Source: Lophium mytilinum
Taxonomy: Eukaryota
Length of the DNA: 64,000 nucleotides
Reading direction: 5' to 3'
Assembly: GCA_010093605.1 (NCBI GenBank)
Contig: MU004189.1
Span: forward strand, 1,619,834-1,683,833
In this document: piece by piece, positions 46,382-58,101 of the stretch
Layout of the letters: each line of letters starts with the position of its first letter
How positions within the stretch are numbered: the stretch's first letter is position 1
Program-made: the position numbers and the translations under genes
The notes under the pieces: model-generated
What the model was told of the DNA's origin: nothing
The model's database searches: none
Seen by the model: only the letters and a program-made list of their open reading frames with translations

Positions 46382-49300
46382 ATGGACGCGCGAATCGACT
46401 TTGACATCAACGACGCGCTCAAGCACTACCTCTCGGATCCTGCTGCAATATCCACCCCCGAGGCCGCCTCGGACCTGGTGGACTGCGAACATGACCCCGA
46501 ATCCCTTACTGCTGCCCTTGTCAATTCCGCACTGAATCCGGTTGTCGATGCTGTCGCAGAGAATCCCGATGCAATAACGCGCAGCTCCAACTTTGATACC
46601 CTGCAATTCCTCCTCAAGTGCGCTCCCATTTCATTACCAGACGTTAAGCGTTTTGTAGCAGATCCTGACTGTGCGCTGTTCCGCCTATCTAGAACTTCCT
46701 CTCAAATACCCCCAGCCGCACTCACGAAAATCCTCGATCTAGTCGTCTCCGGGCTCTCCGCCCAAGCCGACATAACCCACGCCGATCTTGAGGCGGACGA
46801 GCAGGAGACGGTCCAGCACCACAAACAACTTCTGGAGGTATTCGGGTTCTTACTACAATGGTCCGTTACTGCAGTAGAGACCAGAGCCGCGGAGAAGTCT
46901 GCTTCTGCCCCCGCAGCGAGAGGGCGCGGCGGTAAGGGCGCAAAGTCAAAAGCTGGGGCGAACAAAGATGCCGTCTGGGACTCGTCAGCTCAGTTACAGA
47001 CTGCACTCGATGTCATGAGTAAGGTGATGAAGTTGAAATTGGCCAAGATCTTCATGACTACGTCGGAGCGGGACACCTTTATCAGCTTGTTTACACGCCC
47101 AGTCTACCTAGTTCTGGAGAGCGAAGCTCGTGTGAAGAACACGGCCATTCGGATGCACGCCTTCAAAGTACTGTGCATCGCAGTGAAGCACCATGGGCAT
47201 GCTTTCGGTATTGTTCCTATGGAGATTCATCAAGAAACTGCTAACTAGCAGTAGGGGCACAAACGTCCATCATACAGAATCTCTCCTACTTCGAGCACTT
47301 GTCGGAGCCAATGGCAGAATTTCTTCAGATTCTAGCAGAGCAATACGACTACCCCCAGCTGACCGAAGAAGTCCTAAGGGACTTGAGCAATAAGGAATTC
47401 AACAGCAATGATCTCAAAGGCCCCAAATCAGTCTCCACTTTCGTTACCCGGATTTCCGAGCTTGTCCCAGGGCTTGTGATTAGACAAATGACATTACTTG
47501 CAAAGCTATTAGACAGCGAGGTAGGTGATTCAGAAGGTTGTTCGATGACTAGCACACTAACATATGCTAATAGTCGTACACTCTTCGATGTTCCATTATT
47601 GAAGTCTGTGGCAATCTGATTACTATGCTCAGCAAACAAGAAGGAGAAGAAAGGAGCGAGAACCACAAAGGCCAGATCAACGCCTTCTTCGACGTGCTGG
47701 AGGAGCGTTTCCTCGATATCAACCCGTACTGTCGATGCCGCGCTATCCAAGTCTTCATCAAATTGTGCGATCTGGATACCAAGTACTCCAAGCGGAGACA
47801 GATGGCTGCTGAGCTAGCTGCCAGGAGTCTTGAGGACAAGAGTAGCAACGTCAGACGCAACGCCATCAAGCTACTCGGGAAGCTAATTTCTACCCATCCA
47901 TTTGGTGTCTTGCACGGTGGGCAACTTGGATTCAAGGAATGGAAGTCTCGACTGGACGTTGTTGAAGACGAAATCGATGCTTTGACACCACCAAAGGAGC
48001 TCCAGGAGAATACGGCAGCGAACGAGGAACCCACAGTAGACGAAACTCTTTTGGCGGACGCCACGCAGGCCGAAAATGGACCAGCCCAAGAGCCTACCCC
48101 AATGTCAGAGGAGCAGACGTTATCAGCTATGAAAAAAGCCGAGAAAGAAGCGGAAACGGCAGAAGCTCTCAACAAGCTGCACCTTACTCGGCGATATTAC
48201 ACTGAAGCCCTGAAGTTCATCGAGGTGGTCGATGCAGCTTCCCCTGTTGTCACACAGCTGCTCTCGTCGAAGAACAAGAGTGAGGTCATCGAGGCAATGG
48301 ACTACTTTAAGATCCTAAACGAATATGGAATTCAAAGCGCGGGAGCGGGAATCAAACGAATGCTGCGTCTGATCTGGACCAAAGGCAACAGCGACGAAGG
48401 CAAAGGCGTTCAGACTCATCTGATTGAGTGCTACAAGGACCTTTACTTCATTGCACCGCCTGGCTTTGACACGAACAATTCCGCCAACTACATCGCCAAA
48501 AATATGATTAGTTTGACCTTCGGAAATACACCCGCAGAGCTTACATCCCTAGAACAGCTCCTCAGCACAATGATGAAGGATAAAATGATCAACGAGTTGG
48601 TCATACAGAAACTCTGGCAGGTCTATGGCATTCAGAAACGGGAAATCTCAATGAGACAAAGACGAGGAGCTATTATCGTTCTGGGTATGCTTGCTCTTGC
48701 CGATCCGAATATTGTGGTCAAAGAGATGGAAATTTGTTTACGCATTGGTCTTGGCGAATTGGGACGACGAGACTTCGGACTTGCACGCTACACCTGCATT
48801 GCACTCCGCCGAATCAATGCACCAACGAGCAAGCAGACAGCAAATAAGGCACCCGTGACGGCCAAGCTGCCGAACGCCCATGCTGTGCTGGCACGATTAG
48901 CGGCCATGACTGAGGTTGTATCGGACGATCCTGAGTGGTTTGGAGTTGCTGAGCAAGCTATCAGCGCTATTTACGCTCTCTCCAAACACCCAGACACTCT
49001 ATGCTCCGAGATCCTGAGGCGCAAGACGAAATCGGTATTTCAACCTCAGAACCTCTCGAGACCTGCATCCCGTGGGGCTCTTTCGAGACTCTCATCGAGT
49101 GGGGAAGGCGACGAACCAAGCCAGTTGCCGTCGCCACCAGCAGACGAAGAGGAAGCGCCACAAGAGATCGACATTCCATCGAAGAAGCAAAAACCTGCCA
49201 TGGCTCTCTCCCAGCTGCTTTTTGTTGTTGGACATGTTGCCATCAAACAGATCGTCCATATTGAACTTTGTGAACAGGACTTCAAGAGAAGGAAAGCAGA

Positions 49301-50308
49301 GAAAGAGAAGACAGCAGGTACTCGCCAGGCGACTCCTCCACCGAATGCATCCCCCACAAAAAAGAAGAAGAAGTCCGCTGGCAAACAAGACACACCCGCA
49401 CCCGAAGAACCCGATGAGCTCGATCTCATGGCAGGTACCACGGAAGACGACTTCACTGAAGCTTTAGCCCACATCCGTGAACGGGAGCTTCTCTACGGCC
49501 CCCAATCCCTACTCTCCAACTTCGGCCCCATGGTATCAGACATTTGCTCCAACAACACCACTTACGCCGACTCGACACTTCAAGCCCAAGCTGCCCTCTG
49601 CCTCGCCAAACTCATGTGCGTGAGCTCCGAGTACTGCGAAAACAACCTCGGCCTCCTCCTCACCATCCTCGAACGCAGCAAAGACGCCGTCGTCCGCAGC
49701 AACCTTGTCGTCGCTCTCGGGGATATGGCCGTTTGCTTCAACCACCTCATCGACGAGAACACCGATTTCTTGTACCGTCGACTGAATGACGGCGACGCAA
49801 GCGTGAAGCGCACGTGTCTCATGACGCTCACGTTCCTAATCCTCGCTGGGCAGGTCAAGGTCAAGGGGCAATTAGGCGAAATGGCAAAGTGTCTCGAGGA
49901 CGAGGACAAGAAGATTGCGGATATGGCGCGCATGTTCTTCTCGGAGCTCGCGACAAAGGACAATGCTGTGTACAACCAGTTTGTGGATATGTTTAGTGTG
50001 TTGAGTGCGGATGGGGCGTTAGATGAAGAGGCGTTTAGGCGGATTGTGAAGTTCCTGAGTGGGTTTATCGAGAAGGTATGTGCAGCACTCCCTTCCAGAG
50101 TATTCATAGAGAAATTATTGCTAACGTGCACTTGTAGGATAAACACGCTAAACAGCTCGCTGCGAAATTGGCGGCTAGACTGCCCAGGGCGGAGAATGAG
50201 AGGCAGTGGAACGATGTTGCGTACGCGTTGGGCCTACTGCAGCATAAGGATGAGGAGATTCAGAAACTTGTTGGGGAGGGCTTTAAGGTTGTGCAGGCGG
50301 TTGCCTAG
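46382..50308 (+). CDS. YCS4: Condensin non-SMC subunit Ycs4/Cnd1 (CAP-D2), multi-exon
   Basis: MDARIDFDIN.., KVLCIAVKHHGH, RSLEDKSSNVRRNAIKLL, RMLRLIWTKGNSDEGKG, LAKLMCVSSEYCE, CLMTLTFLILAGQVKVKGQLGEMAKCL. Confidence 0.96.
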
Positions 50309-51867
50309 ACTTGTTTACCTAACTCTGGATAGGGTCTGGTTTGGCTGTGTGGGCGTTCCTGGGTGTGTTATGTATGGCTGTAATGATTACGGGGGGCATT
50401 ATGGGGGGAGCGCTGTTGATTAGCGCCTTGATGAATGGAATTCTCATGTTTTAATGAAGTAATAAGTCTGAATCTCCGCTATGAGTGTGCCTTATTTGCC
50501 GAATCGCTGCGCGTGTTCTCGAGTCTGGACAGAACGAGAGAGAGAGTGAGAAGTGCAGTTGAATTACCCAGCGTATTTATTTGCTCCAAAACCACTACTT
50601 TAGGTAGGTTCCCTAAAACGGAGAACTGTAGGTGGAATATTGAAGATTGCATAAAGAGCAACGTCGCGTGCCTTATAAGCTCATGACCGACTACATTACG
50701 TGGATCTCCCCATACAAAGAATTCCTAGAATGAATAACTACAGGGTATAGAGGAAGTCACACCCACATGTTTACACTCATAGAAGCAACTACGTCGTGTG
50801 GATGTACCGAGCTATACTTCGTTGAATTCAGAGGAGGCAATCCCGATGGTTTCAACGTATAAAAGCCACTACGCTGGGTGCTTGTACTCTAAGAACTAGT
50901 TCACCTTGATCCATAGAATTCAAAGAGAGTGTGGGAACTAGCAAGATATAGTGGATGTGATCGGTTTGTGTTGTGCAATTTGGGTAATCAATGTGAGAAA
51001 TTCGAGCTGGGATAAGGATCTCTCTATTACACTTCCTTTCGGCACTGCAATGGGTGTGGGAAAGTGTCGAGCACCGAGCACAGATGAATTGATAGATATA
51101 CTTATAGACGCGCCTACCTGCTGAGCAAGAGCACTAATGACTAAGAAATCACGTGATTGCAATGGCTAGTGGCTTAGCGTTGGAGCTTGAGGTCTTCTGG
51201 AAGGAGAAAACTTTGGAGAGACTGCTTTGCTGTGAATGAAGTGATAAGACGTTGTCCTAGGAAGAAACAGGATATACTATTGAACTTCAAACTCGCCAGC
51301 ACAGTATACATATTTGACACTGCAATCATGCTAGTCAGGGTTTCGTGTCTTGAAGTCAGGCGGGCGGTAAGTATAGAAAGCGTAGGAGCAAGCAGCTTAT
51401 GCAGATCATAGAGATAGAACAAGCGGATGCTTGGTGATGTTCTTTACCCACGGGGGATACTGCAATGCAAGTAAGGAAGGTAGAGGTAGTCATGGCGTGG
51501 ATTAACCAAAGGAAATAGGACAGAACGTTCAATGGAGGTTCTCGAGTGGTAACATAATACTCCTTGAAGGCTCTAGATACTTGTCTAGAATCTTGATGAA
51601 ATACATGCTACCGCATGCGAGACTTTCCACGTCTAAAGACGCTTTTATGATTTTTATCCTGACCGTGTGACGCCAACAGCTATTTTACACCCGTGGCTGA
51701 ATGCTAATACTTCTGTCCCCATCGAGGCCGGCTTTTGGACGGCCCAACCGTGATGACTCCTAGACGAAGGGAACCACCTGAGTATACAACTAAGGGATAC
51801 AGGCTCTAACAAGAGTGCGCGAATGCGCTGGAGCAATCGTGGTACATGACTCATGCCACGAAAGCCA

Positions 51868-53021
51868 CTAGAACGGTGGCAGGAAGAATGGGTAGCCACC
51901 GTTCTTCATCCTGAAGACACTCATCAGGAAGCTGTACATCCCGAATATCACACCACTCCACAAGAAGACCGCAAGGGATTGTGCCTTGGGGTCTGATATC
52001 CTAGGAACCTTCAAGGCGAGGGAAATCGTAGCGAAAGACAGCACGCCGTCTAAAGTAGTTCACAGTCAGCCAGTGTCGTTGCGTTCTGCACTTTTAGCAA
52101 CTTACAAATTGCAGCAATGATCTGGGTTTCCATGCCGAATTGGTTGCTGAACCCGCCAGCGAAGTAGCTGATGCCTCCCTTGCCATCTCCTGATACATAT
52201 GGGACCTTCCTAATGTGATTGAACATGTGTCCGCTAGTGAAAAGGAGGACTGCGATCAAGCTGAAAGCTGCCCATAGGTTGCGGTTCTGCAGGAGAGGGA
52301 CGATGTAAGGAGCCGTGACGGTGACGAGAGTAATCAATCCAAGGATAGCAGTGGTCACAGACACTATCTTGAAGTAGTTGATAGGCCGGCTGACGGCCGG
52401 TTTGGGGCCCTCGGGCAGGTGTCGCGAAACCCAAGCATGGATTGACTCGGCGGATTGGGGTCTGCATAGCTTATCAGCATATCTGATACTTCGAAGAACC
52501 TCAATTGATGATCTCGTACCCAGCTGTAAAGTCGAATCGTGAGGGCTGAGCGTCCACCTTCGCGTTGGCTCCAGTGGTGGGATTGAACATGAGGATGACC
52601 GGAGCAGTTTGGAGTTGAAGCTGTCACATCACATTAGCAAGAGTCCATCTTTCAGATGAGGGGGGTCAATCACAGATTGGAAGGTGTTCCTTCCCTCTGC
52701 AAAGTCTAACGTTCCAAAGAACACTCTGCTCTCCCCCTTCTTGTCGCCATTCGTCCAGCTCTTTGCGAGAAGCTCCCATTCCGGCTGGAACTCACGGCAT
52801 AGCACGCAGCCGAACCGAGTCTCCAAAGCTGTAAGAAGCACTACAACTGCATAGTCCCTCGGAGCTTGCGTCAATTTGGTGTATGAGGCATCATCGAGCT
52901 TCAAAGGTGTGGAGGAGAGCGATTTGGTCCGGAAGTCCTGGTAGCGGTCCTTGGGGGCTTTTTTGGCTGCAATCGCAGTGAAAGGCAGCAACGAAGCCGT
53001 GAGTAACAGAAGCCACCTCAT
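51868..53021 (-). CDS. OST3: Oligosaccharyltransferase subunit OST3/OST6, multi-exon
   Basis: Signal peptide, thioredoxin-like CVLC, FTSGHMFNHIRKVPY, FSNQFGMETQI, C-terminal KNGGYPFFLPPF. Confidence 0.93.
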
Positions 53022-53888
53022 TGTGAGAGGAGAGAAAGAAAAGGGAGGTTGGTTGCTGGACTATTGCTCCACGTTGGACATATGGTGTTGCTGTCCTTTC
53101 GCTCGCGAATTGGCGTACGTAATCCGTGCCAAGACCGGAGGCTCGGTGGTCTTTCTCACCTCAAATGATGCTGCACGAGGAACGTCGTCTGCTGCTCTCA
53201 GGGGCTGACATGTCATGTCTGCGTACAGAGCATCCCCAGTGCACTCTGCCATGTCTTGACGACAAACCTGCGAAGCCCGAATGCCTCTTGCCGCTATTTG
53301 AGATTCGAGATATTTGAAACTTGACGCAATTGACTCCCACCCCCTTCTAGACGCCGGCGCCTACTTCGGCGCTCTCACTCCATTTTGCATTCCATTCCGC
53401 CCATATCTCGCTCCCCCGGGTAGAAACGACGATTTCGCTGCCCACCACGGCGACCCGTCGCTCTGGCGAGGCGGCAATGCGTGCTGCGCGTCAGCTGTGT
53501 TGGGAATCAGTGGAGCGGAGCCTCTGGGCTGAGACATGTTGAGCGCCAGAGGCCGCAACAATGAAGCTGTCCCCGTTTCAGAATTCCACAACTAAGTCGT
53601 CGTATGCCAGCGGCTCGCAGCCATCCGGCCAAACTTCGAACTGCTACTAACCATGTTTCCCATGCATGCTGCTCGCCCAAACGCGAGACGCTGGGCTTCT
53701 AATATGGCCCCTCCCCTCGACCTGTCGTTGACCTCTTCTGCCTCGTTTCGGCCTGTCTGTCTGTCTATCCATTCCCCATGAGCACCAGGCATCGGTAAGT
53801 CAGCTTCAATCGATTGCCCATCGCGCAGTTAGCTAGAAGCTCCTACAACATACTGACTGCTTACCATCAGTCCCGCCTCTTGCTCTGC

Positions 53889-55970
53889 ATGGCCACTCCA
53901 TCAGTACTGACGACGACCGTAAGCGGGAGAGTCTGCACCAGATCCCGTAGAATATCGCCGTCTTCCACTGTGCTCTCTACCTCTGTTGTCTTATCTACGA
54001 CAGCCACACCTGAGCTATCGTCTGTCCAAGTCTCTTCCACTGCTGCATCCTTGTCGAATGACCAGATTTCATCGAGCACAGCGCTGGAGTCTTCTCGGTC
54101 GTCTGAAAATGCGCTCCTCCCGCCAACCGTGGCAACAACCACTGCCGAGAGTCAAGGGACCTCCAGCACAAGAGAAGCATCTGCGAAAACATCAATAGAG
54201 ACTTCTTCTTTCGTGTTTTCACCATCTCCATCGTCATCAAATGCAGGTACGCTGAGCTCTGCGTCTTTGGTCTCCTCTCCGGCAGCTTCGCTTCCTTTGC
54301 CGTCTCTCAGCGTTCCTCCAAATGCTTTTTTATCCGTGGCTGCAACACCGAGCAAGCTATCTTTACCTTCGTCATCATCCGAGAGTCCTACCACTGCGAA
54401 ATCTGACACGATTAACCCAGTTGTCGTTTCCACGTCATTATTCTCAGCGTCGAGTCTGTCAGCTAGTGCAGCCAAATCGAGCATCATTCCAACACCGGGA
54501 TCAGCGGGATTGATATCGCCATTTCGAGGCTCTGGAGGCTCGAACTCAGGAAACGTCACTGCCGGGAATACCCCAAAGACCGATGTGGGCGTCCTTATAG
54601 GAGGCATATTTGGGGGTGTTATTGGTGTAGCTCTAGTGGGGGCCCTTATCTTTATGTGTCTGCGGAGGAGGCAGACGAGAGAGACACTTGAAGCTTGGAA
54701 GGAACGCATCAACGAGAAACGCCGACCAAGAGAAGACCAAGACTCGGAACTAGGAACGGCCTCCACTTTCGATAGGATGAAAGCACCCCTAGCTGGCGCT
54801 AGCTTGATGGTGACTGCATTTGTGAGCAGATTCACGTCAAGGAGACTACCTCCTCCCCAAGATGAAGGCCGCAGGAGCAATATTCGCGATAGCGTCAGCT
54901 CGGTGTACTCGCAAAGCACATTAGCACGGAGCCGGTCGAGGAGTGAACCAGCCTCACGGCTCAGACAGCAACTCCAAGGCCTCTCAAGCCGCATGAAGAA
55001 ATCAAAGGGTACAACCCCCAGACTAGATTTCACGCAGACGCCTCCTTTCTTGGACGCTGTGAACGATCCATTGGTACGAGGTAGTAACGTCAACAACCCA
55101 TTCCTCGACCCTGCAGATCTCCGAGAACCGACTTTGCCAAACCTTCGAGTTATGAATCCCGATGCATCCCGTCCAAGCACAGGGATGCTTACACCACGTC
55201 AGGCAATCGCTGCTGGCCTTGCTGGACAGCAACGTGCACCCATCACACCCATTGTTCTCCAGCGTCCGCCTCCCACTGAGACACAGAACCCATTTCTTTC
55301 GCCTTTCGATGACCTTGCAAATCGCAATCAGGTCTCCACGCCTGACTGGCTTCGTCGCCCTTCGCACTCGCGTACCCAAAGCGCTCAAACTGCGCTCCAG
55401 TCTCATCCGCCTTCATCTTTGGATGGAAACCCGTCGTTTTACTATCCTTCGTCTATAAACCCTTTCGCAGACCCTATGCAACCTGAAATACCTAGTCTTC
55501 AATCGCAATCCCATCCCAGCGACCATTTACTGCAACCTCCTTCGAATGCTTATACTCCCGGCCCGGGCCCTTATCCCGTGTCCGCTTCTTCCCGCAACTC
55601 ACAAGTTCATCCCCGAAACTACAACCCTCGAATCTCATCATCGACGACATCAGATCTTTTCCTGTTTGGCGAGCCCGGCCCCAGCCGTCCTACCACCATA
55701 TTCACCAACGGATCCTCTTCGCGCGCAACACGTGGAAAGAGTGACCCGTTCGATCTAGACAGACCCGAAGTCTTGGGGTTTGGCGCTGTTGGTAGTCGGC
55801 GGGAAGTCCGAGCGAGTGTAACTCGGCAAAACTCACGTAGTAACCGGCAGAGTAGTACGCCGCATTGGGTCACGATGGATGACGAAATGGGATACGGCCC
55901 AAGCAGGAGAAGCCTGCTCCCCATGCCGTTACGCAAGGCGGCTACAACAGGTCCAGGGTTAGCAAGGTAG
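53889..55970 (+). CDS. Ser/Thr-rich single-pass membrane protein (mucin/cell-wall-sensor-like); a short upstream exon from ATG 53778 is possible
   Basis: Long S/T-rich ectodomain, TM VGVLIGGIFGGVIGVALVGALIFMCL followed by RRR, cytoplasmic tail with several NPF motifs and terminal SDPFDL. Confidence 0.8.
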   Translation: MATPSVLTTTVSGRVCTRSRRISPSSTVLSTSVVLSTTATPELSSVQVSSTAASLSNDQISSSTALESSRSSENALLPPTVATTTAESQGTSSTREASAKTSIETSSFVFSPSPSSSNAGTLSSASLVSSPAASLPLPSLSVPPNAFLSVAATPSKLSLPSSSSESPTTAKSDTINPVVVSTSLFSASSLSASAAKSSIIPTPGSAGLISPFRGSGGSNSGNVTAGNTPKTDVGVLIGGIFGGVIGVALVGALIFMCLRRRQTRETLEAWKERINEKRRPREDQDSELGTASTFDRMKAPLAGASLMVTAFVSRFTSRRLPPPQDEGRRSNIRDSVSSVYSQSTLARSRSRSEPASRLRQQLQGLSSRMKKSKGTTPRLDFTQTPPFLDAVNDPLVRGSNVNNPFLDPADLREPTLPNLRVMNPDASRPSTGMLTPRQAIAAGLAGQQRAPITPIVLQRPPPTETQNPFLSPFDDLANRNQVSTPDWLRRPSHSRTQSAQTALQSHPPSSLDGNPSFYYPSSINPFADPMQPEIPSLQSQSHPSDHLLQPPSNAYTPGPGPYPVSASSRNSQVHPRNYNPRISSSTTSDLFLFGEPGPSRPTTIFTNGSSSRATRGKSDPFDLDRPEVLGFGAVGSRREVRASVTRQNSRSNRQSSTPHWVTMDDEMGYGPSRRSLLPMPLRKAATTGPGLAR

Positions 55971-56761
55971 CACCCATGAAACGAGTGTATGCCATGAGGA
56001 ATGACAACGGCCGGTGTTTTTGGCGTTTTATGGTCATTTGAGGCTTCATTGTACGATATGGAACGTGCATGAGACGATTGGCAGTATATATCAGGTGATT
56101 TGGTATTCACAGCGGTGCATTTTGTTCAAGCATCATGTTTAGTGTTGCGCAGTTTGACTTATCTTGGGTAGAAAATGAGTGCTCACTCTTGTCAAAGATA
56201 ATGCTAAGCTTATTCCTGTTGCTGATCCTAGTTCTTTACATGGGCATGCATCCGGAAGTCCTCTGCAGATGACTGCGAGAGTGCCTTGTCCTGAGCTCAT
56301 ACACGCATTTTTGAAGAGGTAGTACACCGTAAGGACTATTGATTTTGACTATCAATGCAAGCCATTATGCATTTTCCCCGCTGCACTAATTGACAAGGCG
56401 TGAAACCATCCGCCGTCCTGCGCTAACGTGGAACATATGCAGATCGCGAGATGCAGCTCCGCACTTCCCCGCAAACCCTCTCTTTTACGCATAACATAGT
56501 CGTGTAAGCAGCGTGTCTTGAATAAATACATCTATGCCTTCCTGCAAGATGACCACTTTCCCTCTTGTAATCGAATGCCCCAAAAGTCTAGACACCGAAC
56601 ATCTAAGATCTCGCTCTTGTCGTCCAGCAACCAAGAACCGTCATGATCCAAATCGCGCCCAGCGCCGTTGACCCAAAGGATCTTATGACCTTGAGCCGGA
56701 GCTCGACCGCTTAGAAGCTTCTTATGTATCCAAAACTCATCGGAGCCTGCTGCCGATATCG

Positions 56762-57491
56762 TCATATCATCCCCAACCTCCGCAGCTCGGTGCCCAACGA
56801 CCCGCGCTGCCTGTGGAAGGACACCACCGCCTCGTCGAACAAGCCGTGCTCATGGATGTCGAGAAGGCTGGGCAGAGAAGACCGATCCTCGCGCTGTATG
56901 GCTCTCTGGCTGTGCGTGTATGCGCGACTCGGGAACCACGCGCTCCAGGTGAGCGAGACAGGAGTGTAGTAGAGGGGACCGATGAACTAGGATCGTCAGC
57001 TCGTGTCCATTTTGGCTACAACGGGGCAGTTATCCCCGGTACGGATGACTCGAATGGTGGTCATTGGGCTGGTGGTAGTAGAGTAGTTGACTTACGTTTA
57101 GTCTGCAGTCGATCATGCCGGTCGACCACATCAGGGTAAGCAGGAATGCCGAGAAGCCGCTGTACACGATCAAACCCCATCCGGCGACGCTCATCCAGTC
57201 GTTCTTGGGCAAGGTAGGTTGTGGGACCGAAACTCCAGGCGCTGGCTCGACGGTGGCATTGTGAGGGGTGGTGTCTACTCGAATGACGATGCGCGTGGAT
57301 GTATGCGGCTGGGTCGGCGTGCTGGACCATGTTTCGAACTTGGTGCTTTGGTTGAGGGCTAGGTCACTTGGTGACGAGATCGGAGCCAAGGTGGGAAGTG
57401 ATTCGTACGCAGCAGGCCAGCTTGCAGCGAGGGGCGTAATGGTAGATGTAGCGTATGTGGGCGCTGCCGACGATAGAGAGAAGGGTGCCAT
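56762..57491 (-). CDS. Small hypothetical membrane protein, probably one intron
   Basis: T/P-rich N-terminus, TM WMSVAGWGLIVYSGFSAFLLTLMW, donor GTAAGT at 57095, downstream exon ending ELRRLGMI*. Confidence 0.55.
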
Positions 57492-58101
57492 ATTCAGCTT
57501 ATTGAGAAGTGTAGGTCGTTATTGACAGGCTTAGCGGAGGTTATTGAGCTTATAGAATAGAATAGCTGAAAAGTGGGGCGTCGAGCCGAGCAAGGATCTG
57601 TACGGTGAAGGTGAAGATAGAGGTCTGAACCATTTGCCAGCTCGCTAAGTCTCTTAGAATGTCATCAGAGGTTACACGGATCAAGCAGTGAACAAAAAAC
57701 TCACAAAAAGTGACGACACCAAGTTTCTAGCAGCAATGAAAAGACTTTGTGGCCATGATGGAAAGTAGCTGATCGAGTGCATGGAGGCAGATGAGAGTTG
57801 TTATATCGATATTAAGGAACAATACTTTGATGAACAATGCGTTAGGACAAGTCCAAACCCTATTGTTTACTCCAAGCAAGCCCGCACACTAGCGGACAAT
57901 ATTTACAGTGCGAATGGAGAGCTGCAGCAGAAAGAATCGCCGCCCAGAATGTTGAATACAGAAGTCCACCTTGAGACGCCCCTGGGAGCCACGCAATCAA
58001 AGCACAAAATCAAAGAAGTTACTCGCCGCCTACTTTAATTTGACCCTTCACTTTCTGCTTACCCAAACTATAGATTACCTCTGGTTTCGTCGAGTATGGC
58101 A

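Noticed and set aside
50310..51860. Short ORFs between YCS4 and OST3
   Set aside because: All under 85 aa, mostly non-ATG starts, no motifs or coherent splice pattern.
54152..55180. 342-aa - strand ORF
   Set aside because: Antisense shadow of the Ser/Thr-rich membrane protein, with no independent motif.
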